Of a stretch of DNA of 28,578 nucleotides, positions 9,951 to 18,514 are shown in pieces (the first letter of the stretch is position 1; every line of letters starts with the position of its first letter). Origin of the DNA: Bdellovibrionales bacterium (GTDB lineage Bacteria; Bdellovibrionota; Bdellovibrionia; Bdellovibrionales; UBA1609). Under the pieces are notes generated by a model. That model saw nothing but the letters and a program-made list of their open reading frames with translations. It was not told where the DNA came from and did no database searches. Both the position numbers and the translations under genes were made by a program. Where the stretch lies: assembly GCA_050246815.1 (NCBI GenBank), contig JBFWVI010000029.1, positions 1 through 28,578 on the forward strand, written 5' to 3'.

Positions 9951-10880
9951 ATGACACCAAGAGTTAGAGAAATCTTGAGCTGGTATGGCGCCGAAAATCC
10001 CGGCGTGCTGACCAATATGGCCCGCATGTTGAACCACGGTCGCCTGCGCGGTACAGGCAAGATGGTGATTTTGCCAGTGGACCAGGGCTTTGAACACGGT
10101 CCTGCGCGCAGTTTTGCCAAAAATCCAGACGGCTATGACCCGGCCTACCACTTCAACTTGGCGATCGAATCGGGGTGCAATGCGTATGCGGCCCCGCTGG
10201 GATCGCTTGAGGCCTGCGCGCGCGAATACGCTGGTGAAATTCCTTTGATCTTGAAAATCAACAATTCGGACTCACTGTTAAAAGTCAAAGGTGATCCGAT
10301 TTCGGCCATGACCTCTTCGGTGGACGACGCTCTTCGTTTGGGTTGCGCTGCGATCGGCTTCACCATTTATCCGGGCAGCAGTGAGCGTAAGCAACAGTAT
10401 GAAGAAATCGCAGCCGCCACCCGCGAGGCGAAAAAAGCGGGCTTGGCCGTTGTCATTTGGTCTTATCCGCGGGGCGAACACCTTTCAAAAGAAGGCGAAA
10501 CCGCGATCGATGTGGTGGCCTATGCCGCGCAAGTGGCGGCGCAACTGGGTGCCAACATCATCAAGGTGAAGCCACCGACCGCCCACATCGAACAAGCAGA
10601 AGCCAAAAAAGTTTATGAATCTTTCAACATCCGCGTGAACAAATTAAGCGATCGCGCCAAACACGTGGTTGAGTCTTCGTTCAATGGCCGCCGTATCGTG
10701 ATTTTTTCGGGTGGCGAAGCCAAAAGCACAGATGAACTGTTGAATGAAGTGCGTGAGTTGGCTTTGGGCGGCGCTTTTGGCAGCATCATGGGCCGTAACG
10801 CCTTTCAACGCCCCAAGGCCGAAGCCGTGCAGTTGCTTCGCGATGTGATGGACATTTTTGTCGGTGGAGCAAAACAGTAA
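9951..10880 (+). CDS. fbaB: Class I (DhnA-type) fructose-bisphosphate aldolase
   Basis: ILPVDQGFEHGP, GFTIYPGS, WSYPRG, Schiff-base Lys in ANIIKVK, SGG and GRNAFQ motifs. Confidence 0.92.
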   Translation: MTPRVREILSWYGAENPGVLTNMARMLNHGRLRGTGKMVILPVDQGFEHGPARSFAKNPDGYDPAYHFNLAIESGCNAYAAPLGSLEACAREYAGEIPLILKINNSDSLLKVKGDPISAMTSSVDDALRLGCAAIGFTIYPGSSERKQQYEEIAAATREAKKAGLAVVIWSYPRGEHLSKEGETAIDVVAYAAQVAAQLGANIIKVKPPTAHIEQAEAKKVYESFNIRVNKLSDRAKHVVESSFNGRRIVIFSGGEAKSTDELLNEVRELALGGAFGSIMGRNAFQRPKAEAVQLLRDVMDIFVGGAKQ

Positions 10881-12367
10881 TGAGTCAAATGCACCCTGAT
10901 GACAACCCGCTAAAAGCCGAAAAACGCCGCAAACTGCACGAATTGAAAAAGTTGGGAATGGATCCATTTCCGCACACCTTCTTGCGCACTCATAAAGTGG
11001 AGCAAGTGGTGACTGAGCACAGCGGTTTGCAAACGGGCGAAGTTAAAGAGTCGGCCGAGGTTAGCATGGCAGGCCGTTTGATGACGGTTCGTGCCATGGG
11101 CAAAGCCAGCTTTTTTAACTTTCAAGATCAAAGCGGTAGCCTGCAGGCTTACATACGCCTGGAAGAGATGAGCGAAGAGGATCGCAAGTTTTTTGATTTG
11201 GTCGACATCGGCGACATCATCGGCATTAAAGGTTTTGTTTTTAAAACCAAAAAAGGCGAGCTCTCAGTTCACTGCAAAAGTTTTCGGATCCTTTGTAAAA
11301 CTCTTGAACCATTGCCAGAAAAATACCACGGCATCGCCGATGTGGAATTAAAGTACCGTTCGCGCCACTTGGACCTGATCATGAACCAAGAGTCGCGCAA
11401 GGTGTTCGAAGCGCGCTCGTTGATCATCCGCGAAATTCGTCGTTTCTTGGACGCACGCGGCTTTTTAGAAGTGGAAACTCCGGTGCTGCAGCCGTTGTAT
11501 GGTGGCGCCGCGGCCCACCCGTTTACGACCCATCATCGGGCCTTGGATATGAAGCTGTACTTAAAGGTTTCGCCCGAGCTTTATTTAAAGCGCTTGATCG
11601 TCGGTGGTTTTGAAAAAGTCTACGAAGTTTCGAAAAACTTCCGTAACGAAGGCATTGATCGCTCGCACAATCCTGAGTTCACCATGCTGGAGTGGTACGA
11701 GGCCTATACCGATTACGAATACCAGATGAAGCAATTCGAAGACATCATTGCCCATGTGTGCAAAGCGCTTCACGGCACCACCAAGATTCAGTACCAAGGC
11801 AAAGAGCTTGATTTCACCACGCCTTGGCGCCGTATTTCGGTTTACGACAGCATCAAGGAGTATGGCGGTTTCGACGTGTCGACGATGTCAGCGGAACAGC
11901 TGTACAAAAAAATCAAAGAGCTTGGCGCGGATTCGGATAAACCGGCCTCCCACGGCCAGATGGTCATGGAGGCCTTTGATCTGGTGGTCGAAAAAAATCT
12001 TTGGAACCCCACTTTCGTGATCGATTTTCCGGTGGAAATTTCGCCGTTGACCAAAAAACATCGCAGCAAAAAAGGTTTGGTCGAGCGATTCGAACCCGTG
12101 TGCACGGGCATGGAAATCGGCAATGCCTACACCGAGCTGAACGACCCCGAAGACCAGCGCGCGCGACTTGAAGAGCAGGAAAAACAGCGGGCCACCAACG
12201 AAGAGGCCTACCCAATGGACGAAGATTTCGTCAGTGCCATCGAGGTCGGAATGCCCCCCACCGGTGGAGTTGGCATTGGCATTGATCGCATGGTGATTCT
12301 GTTGACGGATCAGCCCAGTCTTCGCGATGTCTTGTTTTATCCGACCATGAAACCACACAAAGGATAA
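10880..12367 (+). CDS. lysS: Class II lysyl-tRNA synthetase
   Basis: OB-fold MGKASF, FLEVETP, GGAAAHPF, NFRNEGID..HNPEFTMLEWY, NAYTELNDP and GMPPTGGVGIGIDR motifs; TAATG overlap with fbaB. Confidence 0.98.
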   Translation: MSQMHPDDNPLKAEKRRKLHELKKLGMDPFPHTFLRTHKVEQVVTEHSGLQTGEVKESAEVSMAGRLMTVRAMGKASFFNFQDQSGSLQAYIRLEEMSEEDRKFFDLVDIGDIIGIKGFVFKTKKGELSVHCKSFRILCKTLEPLPEKYHGIADVELKYRSRHLDLIMNQESRKVFEARSLIIREIRRFLDARGFLEVETPVLQPLYGGAAAHPFTTHHRALDMKLYLKVSPELYLKRLIVGGFEKVYEVSKNFRNEGIDRSHNPEFTMLEWYEAYTDYEYQMKQFEDIIAHVCKALHGTTKIQYQGKELDFTTPWRRISVYDSIKEYGGFDVSTMSAEQLYKKIKELGADSDKPASHGQMVMEAFDLVVEKNLWNPTFVIDFPVEISPLTKKHRSKKGLVERFEPVCTGMEIGNAYTELNDPEDQRARLEEQEKQRATNEEAYPMDEDFVSAIEVGMPPTGGVGIGIDRMVILLTDQPSLRDVLFYPTMKPHKG

Positions 12368-12389
12368 GCCGTCACTTTTGGGAGGAGCC

Positions 12390-13304
12390 GTGAAACGAAA
12401 CATAATTTTTTTTCTGCTCCTGACTTTGACCGCTTGTCAGATGAAACCCACTAAGGTCACGCAGACGGCCACTTACGACAGCCAGTTTTTGCTTAAACAA
12501 TTGGCGGGGCCGATCAAGTTGGATGAAAAGACTATCGTGATCGACACACGTCCAACCTTTGAATATTCGCTGGCCCATATTCCGGGCGCGATCAATTTAT
12601 CTTGGGAGGATTTTGCCCAACCGCGTGCAGCGGTTCGTGGCAAGGTAACGGCGGATTTGCCTGCGCTGACGAAACGTCTGGCGATTTTGGGGCTTTCACC
12701 CGCCATGCCAGTCGTGGTGGTGGGCAGTGGTAAAGCGGGCGCTGGCGAAGACGGGCGGGTGGCCTGGTCGCTGACGCACCTTGGTTTTTATGATGTGCAG
12801 CTGGTTTCAAATGATTATTTCAAAAGCGGCATGAACAACGCGGAGCCCCCAGCGCGCCCCAATGCTCCCGAATGGACGGCCAAACCACGGGCTGAACTTG
12901 AGGCGCAAAAATCTGAAGTGCAGGCCGTTGCCACAGCGGTGATGAAAGAGGGCGAACGCAAAACCAGCTACTTGCTGGATGTGCGCACACGCAAAGAGTA
13001 TTTTATGAAAAGGGGCCTGGGCGAAGGTTATGTGACGCCGGATCTTGGCGCTTTGCATATTCCTTGGACCGAGTTCTACACCCAAGACGGCCGACCAAAC
13101 GCAGAAATTCGCAATCAAATTTTGGCCTTGGGCTGGCAGCCTTCAGATCGCATCGTGGTGATCAGTGACCATGGTGTGCGTTCGGGCGCGGTGGCCTTCA
13201 TTTTAAGTCGGATCGGCTTTACCAACGTGGCCAACTACACCGGCGGCTACTCCGAGCTAACATTAAAAGGCAAAGGCCCCAAACTTCGGCCAGTGGGTAA
13301 ATGA
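12390..13304 (+). CDS. Tandem rhodanese-fold lipoprotein lacking a catalytic cysteine
   Basis: GGAGGAG RBS before GTG 12390. Signal peptide ends in lipobox LTAC. IDTR..EY..AHIPGA and LDVR..EY domains, C-terminal NYTGGYSE. Active-site loop reads ISDHGVRS. Confidence 0.85.
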   Translation: MKRNIIFFLLLTLTACQMKPTKVTQTATYDSQFLLKQLAGPIKLDEKTIVIDTRPTFEYSLAHIPGAINLSWEDFAQPRAAVRGKVTADLPALTKRLAILGLSPAMPVVVVGSGKAGAGEDGRVAWSLTHLGFYDVQLVSNDYFKSGMNNAEPPARPNAPEWTAKPRAELEAQKSEVQAVATAVMKEGERKTSYLLDVRTRKEYFMKRGLGEGYVTPDLGALHIPWTEFYTQDGRPNAEIRNQILALGWQPSDRIVVISDHGVRSGAVAFILSRIGFTNVANYTGGYSELTLKGKGPKLRPVGK

Positions 13305-13340
13305 CCAGGCTTCATTTTAGTCCATTTTTTGAGTAAAAGC

Positions 13341-14435
13341 TCACTCAACCTTAGGTGCAAGCACACGTGCAGCCCGGTCGACGTCAGACAGATATAACGC
13401 GCTTCTAATTTCGCTGAAGTAATCGCGGTATAAGATAATCATAGCTAAGCGCTGTTCGAGCATGCCTTGAATCACTTCGCTTGCGGGCAAGGGATGGGTG
13501 TTGTTCATGCTGATTTTTAGTTTGAAGTTGGGAAGACGTAAAATTACCCCGGGTTCGTAAAAATCTTTTGTGTGGGGTTTGTACTTTCGTCCGCTTGCGA
13601 TCTCCTGCAAGGCCAGGTCGACAAAATTCTCACTGACTTTACTCAAGGTCAATCCGGCTAGCGACGTGTCCATCATGCTCGCGAACGCATTTATTTTTTC
13701 GTCAAACAAATTGGGATCCTGGCTGGCCCTCTGGTGAGCCTTCAATAAGGCCAGCAGCTGCACCTTCATGCACTCCAGTTCTTCCAAAGAGAGATACTTC
13801 GAGTAGCCGTCAAAGTGATCATGTAAACGTTGGCCCGAGCGCGCGCTAAATTCCAGATTAAAAACAGAGCTAGAGCCGCTTTCCCACTTGGCGCGAATTC
13901 GTGCATGGCAAAGCTCATGCTCAAGAACAGGATCGATTTGACCTGAGACCAGGGCGGTAAGATTAGCCAGCAAAACATTTTGGCCATGGCGTTTGGGGTG
14001 AGTGGAAAACTGGCCCTCAATCATATTCACCAGCAGCTTTTTGGGATTGAACACCAGGCGAACGCGTTGGGCCTGAAGTAAAGTGGACAGCTGCACCAAG
14101 GGCGAAGGATTTTTATGTTTTGGATCGGCGGTGATTTGAAAGGAGTAGCGTCCGGTTCTGACCGGCAGCCCGCCCTGTTGACGTATCAGGTTCTCTGCAT
14201 TTTGGCTCAGCATTTTGTAGTGAGGTTTAAGCTTTGCTTCGCGTCGCATTTCTTTGGGCAGGCGCTCAAGGCTTTTGAAGTGAGCTAAGAGAAAATCAGG
14301 GTTTTGAGTGGGCTCGAGCCAAGTTTCGCACTGTCGAAATTGGTACTGGGTGATGGCATCATGGGCGGCCCACGCGGTTCGATCACCGCTACAATATAAC
14401 CAGATCGCAATCAATACTCGGCCCCAGGACTTCAT
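13341..14435 (-). CDS. Hypothetical secreted protein with HExxH (zincin-like) motif
   Basis: Long ORF. ATG 14435 gives signal-like MKSWGRVLIAIWLYCSGDRTAWA. LEHELCH at 13905-13925 with downstream LEELE. Start uncertain (frame is open to 14594). Confidence 0.65.
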   Translation of the reverse strand: MKSWGRVLIAIWLYCSGDRTAWAAHDAITQYQFRQCETWLEPTQNPDFLLAHFKSLERLPKEMRREAKLKPHYKMLSQNAENLIRQQGGLPVRTGRYSFQITADPKHKNPSPLVQLSTLLQAQRVRLVFNPKKLLVNMIEGQFSTHPKRHGQNVLLANLTALVSGQIDPVLEHELCHARIRAKWESGSSSVFNLEFSARSGQRLHDHFDGYSKYLSLEELECMKVQLLALLKAHQRASQDPNLFDEKINAFASMMDTSLAGLTLSKVSENFVDLALQEIASGRKYKPHTKDFYEPGVILRLPNFKLKISMNNTHPLPASEVIQGMLEQRLAMIILYRDYFSEIRSALYLSDVDRAARVLAPKVE

Positions 14436-14581
14436 TGCTTGGCTATAGGGTGCTTGCGGAGTCATGGTCAAGGAGGCTTCAAGCGGCCGGCCCTGTTCGG
14501 CACCCGGATTGCGATAGTCAAAGTCGTGTTGATCCATAAACCGTTTTAAAAGCATTTGATTGGCTTGGTGGGGGACGTAAA

Positions 14582-15391
14582 TTGGCACAGGCACGTATTA
14601 TTTTTATAGTTTTAATACTCCTCGCGGGTGTGTCGCAAAGTCACGCTGTGACCGGTGGCAAGTTCACTTATGACCCCCGGCATGCGGCGGTGGTTGGCAT
14701 CACCGAGTGTTCCGGCACTTTCATTGCGCCCAGGGTGATTCTGACTGCAGCCCATTGCATTTATAAAGTCGTCGATAAAGAAATAAAGATCGCTTTGCAG
14801 CGGCGAAATTCGACCACATCCGTGCAAGTAGCTGCAGCAATTGAACACCCTTCGTATATGGACGAAGAAGAAATCGCGGCAGAAATGAAAAAATATGCGG
14901 GCTTAACGGATCAAGAAAAATCAGACAAAGCAAACTCCCTGCGGCGCAATGACATCGGACTTATTTTTCTTGAGCGGGATATAACAGAGCCGACGATTCT
15001 TGCGGCCATTCCTGTTTTAGATTCGCCCCCCGTTGAACCACCCGCGACCGCCGTTGCCATCGCAATGGGGCACCTGAAGGTTTATCGTGGGACCGCCGTG
15101 TTTGATGCTGACAGCAAAAGTGTCAAAAGCACTTTGGGTTTAAGTTTCTTGCAAGAGTACGTTGGGTTTTGGATTTTCTTGGCGTCCAAGTCTGGTTCAG
15201 GTTTCTGTAAAGGAGACAGCGGCGGCGGGGTGTTTGTGAACGATGAAAGTCCACTTCGCTATTTGGGCGTCATTGTTGGCAAAGGGGATTGGTGCGGCAA
15301 GGACGGCTCATGGCAAGGTGTTGAACCGGTTCACGTTCATATGCCTTGGATTTTAAATGAGCTTAAAATTCGTGGTTTGAGTTTGAATTAA
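14582..15391 (+). CDS. Secreted S1 (trypsin/chymotrypsin-fold) serine protease
   Basis: Signal peptide ending SHA, then VTGG. CSGTFIAPRVILTAAHC (His), NDIGLI (Asp), CKGDSGG (Ser). TTG start. Confidence 0.9.
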   Translation: MAQARIIFIVLILLAGVSQSHAVTGGKFTYDPRHAAVVGITECSGTFIAPRVILTAAHCIYKVVDKEIKIALQRRNSTTSVQVAAAIEHPSYMDEEEIAAEMKKYAGLTDQEKSDKANSLRRNDIGLIFLERDITEPTILAAIPVLDSPPVEPPATAVAIAMGHLKVYRGTAVFDADSKSVKSTLGLSFLQEYVGFWIFLASKSGSGFCKGDSGGGVFVNDESPLRYLGVIVGKGDWCGKDGSWQGVEPVHVHMPWILNELKIRGLSLN

Positions 15392-16338
15392 ACCTGAACC
15401 CCGGCCTGCTTCATTTGGAACATAATCTCGTACATCACTTTAAGCAGATCTTGATCATAGCGGGCATTCAGCTTCTCTTTGATAAAGCTGACGGCATCCG
15501 ACGGCATCATGGGTTGGTTGTACGAGCGTTTGGTGGTCAGCGCATCGTAGGTGTCGGTTAAAGCCACGATACGGGCCATAGGGTGGATCTCTTCGCCGGT
15601 CAGTTGCTGGGGATAGCCGTTGCCCACAAAGCTTTCGTGGTGCTCAAAACAGCAGGCTTTAATGGCGTCCGAAACCGGATAGTTGTTCAAAATCATCAGG
15701 CCGTATTGCGGGTGCTTTTGCATCTGTGCCCACTCGACGTCATCCAGGGGGCCGGCTTTGCAAATGATGTCCACGTTCACATGGCGCTTGCCCACGTCGT
15801 GAAAAAGCGCGCCTTGCCCCAACTCGTGCAGATCTTGGCCGTTAAAGCCCGCCACTTTGCCTAAACCAAGGCTATAGATCCCCACGTCAAGGGAATGGTT
15901 GTAGGTGTAAAAGTCATGGGACGACAAACCAATCAGGTGCGCAATGGCTTCGGGATCTTGGTCGATAAACGCCACGAAATCGGTGATGATCTGCTTGGAT
16001 TCGTTTAAAGCCTTGCCGATATCCGGGCTCTCAAACAATTCCTCTACAATTGACATCGAACTTTCGCGCAAGATCAGTGCCTTTTCACGAGCAGGGAGTT
16101 CGTCGCTGCCCATGCGATCACGCACGTATTTTTTGTAGTTTTCGCGTTCGTTATTGTAGATGTAAAACGCATCAGGAGCTTTGCGTTCGAAGTTTTCGAT
16201 TTTTTCAGCCGCCAAACGGTCGCCAGCGCGCAGGTAGTGGATATGGCGGTCGCCGATTTGCACAAAAATATCAAATGGCACCGGGGTCGAGGGGTGCAGC
16301 GAATTCAGGCGGATTTTCATGAATTTTTCGTCTGACAT
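15388..16338 (-). CDS. HD-GYP cyclic-dinucleotide phosphodiesterase (RxxN variant)
   Basis: HDFYTYNHS, FHDVGK, HP..G, HHESFVGNGYP and DTYDALTTKRSYN motifs. Start at ATG 16338 because the ORF-track extension overlaps recG. Confidence 0.92.
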   Translation of the reverse strand: MSDEKFMKIRLNSLHPSTPVPFDIFVQIGDRHIHYLRAGDRLAAEKIENFERKAPDAFYIYNNERENYKKYVRDRMGSDELPAREKALILRESSMSIVEELFESPDIGKALNESKQIITDFVAFIDQDPEAIAHLIGLSSHDFYTYNHSLDVGIYSLGLGKVAGFNGQDLHELGQGALFHDVGKRHVNVDIICKAGPLDDVEWAQMQKHPQYGLMILNNYPVSDAIKACCFEHHESFVGNGYPQQLTGEEIHPMARIVALTDTYDALTTKRSYNQPMMPSDAVSFIKEKLNARYDQDLLKVMYEIMFQMKQAGVQV

Positions 16339-16345
16339 TGTGATT

Positions 16346-16392
16346 AGTGTGCCATGGATTCGTTGACTGTCCAAATCTTGTTGGCTTAGCTT
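16346..16392. promoter_or_regulatory. Putative back-to-back promoters for HD-GYP (-) and recG (+)
   Basis: Plus strand: TTGACT (16363-16368), 18 nt, TAGCTT (16387-16392), 7 nt before recG ATG. Minus strand: TGGACA, 16 nt, CACACT with TGn extension, 7 nt before HD-GYP ATG. Confidence 0.45.
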
Positions 16393-16399
16393 ACCCCCT

Positions 16400-18469
16400 A
16401 TGTCGGTGACGATTGACACACCCGTGCAATTTTTAAAAGGAGTTGGCCCAAAGTTTGGGTCGATTCTGGCAAAGCGGGGCATTGGCACCGTGGGCGATCT
16501 TATCCAATGGTTTCCGCGCGCTTATGAAGACCGTCGCGCGGTTCGCCGCATCGACTCCCTGCAGATGGACCAAATTGTCTCGATCAAAGCCCAGGTCCTG
16601 AAGGTGCGCTCGATGAACTTGGGCAAAAGTCATCGCAAAATGTACGAGGTCATAGTCAAAGACGACACCGGCCGGATCGCTTGCAAGTACTTTCGCGTTC
16701 CTTACAAGGGCTATTTTGAACGCTTTCAGCCGTTTATGGAGGTGCGGGTGGTGGGCAAGGTCACCTTGTATCGCAATCAACTGGAGTTTCACCACCCCGA
16801 TATTTTTCCGATCAACGAGGCCGAAGAAAACCAAGACCAGCTGATGCCGATCTACACCGAAACCGAGGGGCTTTCGCCGCAGAAGCTACACAAGATTATG
16901 CAGATCGCTCTGAAAGATCTGGTGCTGAGTGAAACCCTGCCGGCCTGGGTAGTCGAAAAATACCGCCTGATCAGCCGCATCGAGGCCTTCAAATCCATTC
17001 ATCTGCCGCCCAGCCATTTGGGTGATCAGCTATTAAAATTTGAGTCCGAAGCGCAAAAGCGAATTATTTTTGAAGAGTTTTTTTGGTTGGAGCTTTATTT
17101 GGCTTCACGCAAAGCTGGTGTTGAAAAAGAAAAATCGATTCCCATGTTGTCTTCTGGGGCTTGGAGTGAACGTTTAAAAGGCAGCTTAGAGTTCAGGCTG
17201 ACCAGTGCCCAACTTCGCACCTATGATGAAATTGTGGCGGATCTCAAAAAGCCTCACCCCATGCATCGCTTGGTTCAGGGTGACGTGGGCTGCGGTAAAA
17301 CTTTGGTGGCGCTTTTGGCGGCCACCTATGCAGCAGAAGCGGGTGTGCAGACCGCCTTGATGGTGCCCACCGAAATTTTAGCCGAGCAGCACTTTTTAAA
17401 CGCCCAGCGCCGCTTGAATCCTTTGGGTATCAAGGTGGCCTTGCTGACAGGCTCTAAAAAAACGGCTGAGCGCCAAGCTGCTTTGGACGGCATCAAAAGC
17501 GGTGAAATTCACATTTTGATCGGCACCCATGCTTTGATTCAAGACGAAGTGGAATTTAAGAATCTGGGTTTGGCCATCATCGACGAACAGCATCGTTTTG
17601 GTGTTGAGCAACGCATGATTTTAAAACAAAAGGGCGTTTCTCCGCACTTTTTGGTGATGACGGCCACGCCCATCCCACGCACGCTGGCCATGACCGTTTA
17701 CGGCGATTTGGACGTTTCAATCATCGACGAACTACCGGCGGGTCGGCAGCCGATCATCACCCGCAAAGCCTTTGAATCAAAACGTCCGCAAGTGATGCAG
17801 TTTCTTCGCGAGCAATTGCAAAAAGGACGGCAAGCCTATGTGGTTTACCCGCTCGTCGAAGAAAGCGAAAAAATCGACCTGAAAAATGCCATCGACGAAT
17901 TTGAAAAAATCAAAAAGTTATTCCCTGAATTCAAAGTTGGATTGCTGCATGGCCGTATGAAGCCTGCTGAAAAAGACGAGGTCATGCATCGCTTTCGGCG
18001 CAATGAGCTGCAAATTCTGGTGGCCACCACCGTAATCGAAGTGGGGGTCGACGTACCCAACGCCAATCTGATGATCATCGAACACACCGAGCGCTTTGGG
18101 CTTTCTCAGCTGCATCAATTGCGCGGCCGCGTGGGCCGGGGTGAACATAAAAGCTACTGCGTGCTGCTTTTGGGTTACGCGGTTTCTGAGGAATCACGAG
18201 TACGCGCCGAGATCATGGAAAAAACCAATGACGGTTTTAAAATCGCCGAAGCGGATCTTGAGATCCGCGGCCCCGGCGAGTTTTTAGGAACCCGTCAGTC
18301 GGGCTTACCCGGCTTTAAGCTGGCGAACCTCGTGCGCGACGTGCGCACTTTGCAAGATGCTCGTCAGGCCGCGTTTGAGTTGATCAAACGCGATCCCGAT
18401 CTGCGCGATTCAAGCCACGGTCGCATTAGGCAACAGCTCGAGAGAGCTCGCGAGGCAATTGTCGGGTAG
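16400..18469 (+). CDS. recG: ATP-dependent DNA helicase RecG
   Basis: LKGVGP N-terminus, OB wedge, QGDVGCGKT, DEQHRFGV, MTATPIPRTL, QLHQLRGRVGRG and DLEIRGPGEFLGTRQSG motifs. Confidence 0.98.
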   Translation: MSVTIDTPVQFLKGVGPKFGSILAKRGIGTVGDLIQWFPRAYEDRRAVRRIDSLQMDQIVSIKAQVLKVRSMNLGKSHRKMYEVIVKDDTGRIACKYFRVPYKGYFERFQPFMEVRVVGKVTLYRNQLEFHHPDIFPINEAEENQDQLMPIYTETEGLSPQKLHKIMQIALKDLVLSETLPAWVVEKYRLISRIEAFKSIHLPPSHLGDQLLKFESEAQKRIIFEEFFWLELYLASRKAGVEKEKSIPMLSSGAWSERLKGSLEFRLTSAQLRTYDEIVADLKKPHPMHRLVQGDVGCGKTLVALLAATYAAEAGVQTALMVPTEILAEQHFLNAQRRLNPLGIKVALLTGSKKTAERQAALDGIKSGEIHILIGTHALIQDEVEFKNLGLAIIDEQHRFGVEQRMILKQKGVSPHFLVMTATPIPRTLAMTVYGDLDVSIIDELPAGRQPIITRKAFESKRPQVMQFLREQLQKGRQAYVVYPLVEESEKIDLKNAIDEFEKIKKLFPEFKVGLLHGRMKPAEKDEVMHRFRRNELQILVATTVIEVGVDVPNANLMIIEHTERFGLSQLHQLRGRVGRGEHKSYCVLLLGYAVSEESRVRAEIMEKTNDGFKIAEADLEIRGPGEFLGTRQSGLPGFKLANLVRDVRTLQDARQAAFELIKRDPDLRDSSHGRIRQQLERAREAIVG

Positions 18470-18514
18470 GTGACGCTTAATAACCGGCCTGGATCTTGAA
18501 TAATCAGCTTGGGC

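Noticed and set aside
16339..16488. ORF-track N-terminal extensions (HD-GYP to 16488; also tgt 186, yajC 1383, MFS 9936, HExxH 14594, gltX 20985)
   Set aside because: They overlap neighbouring genes, promoters or terminators; downstream starts have better RBS, coupling or domain boundaries.
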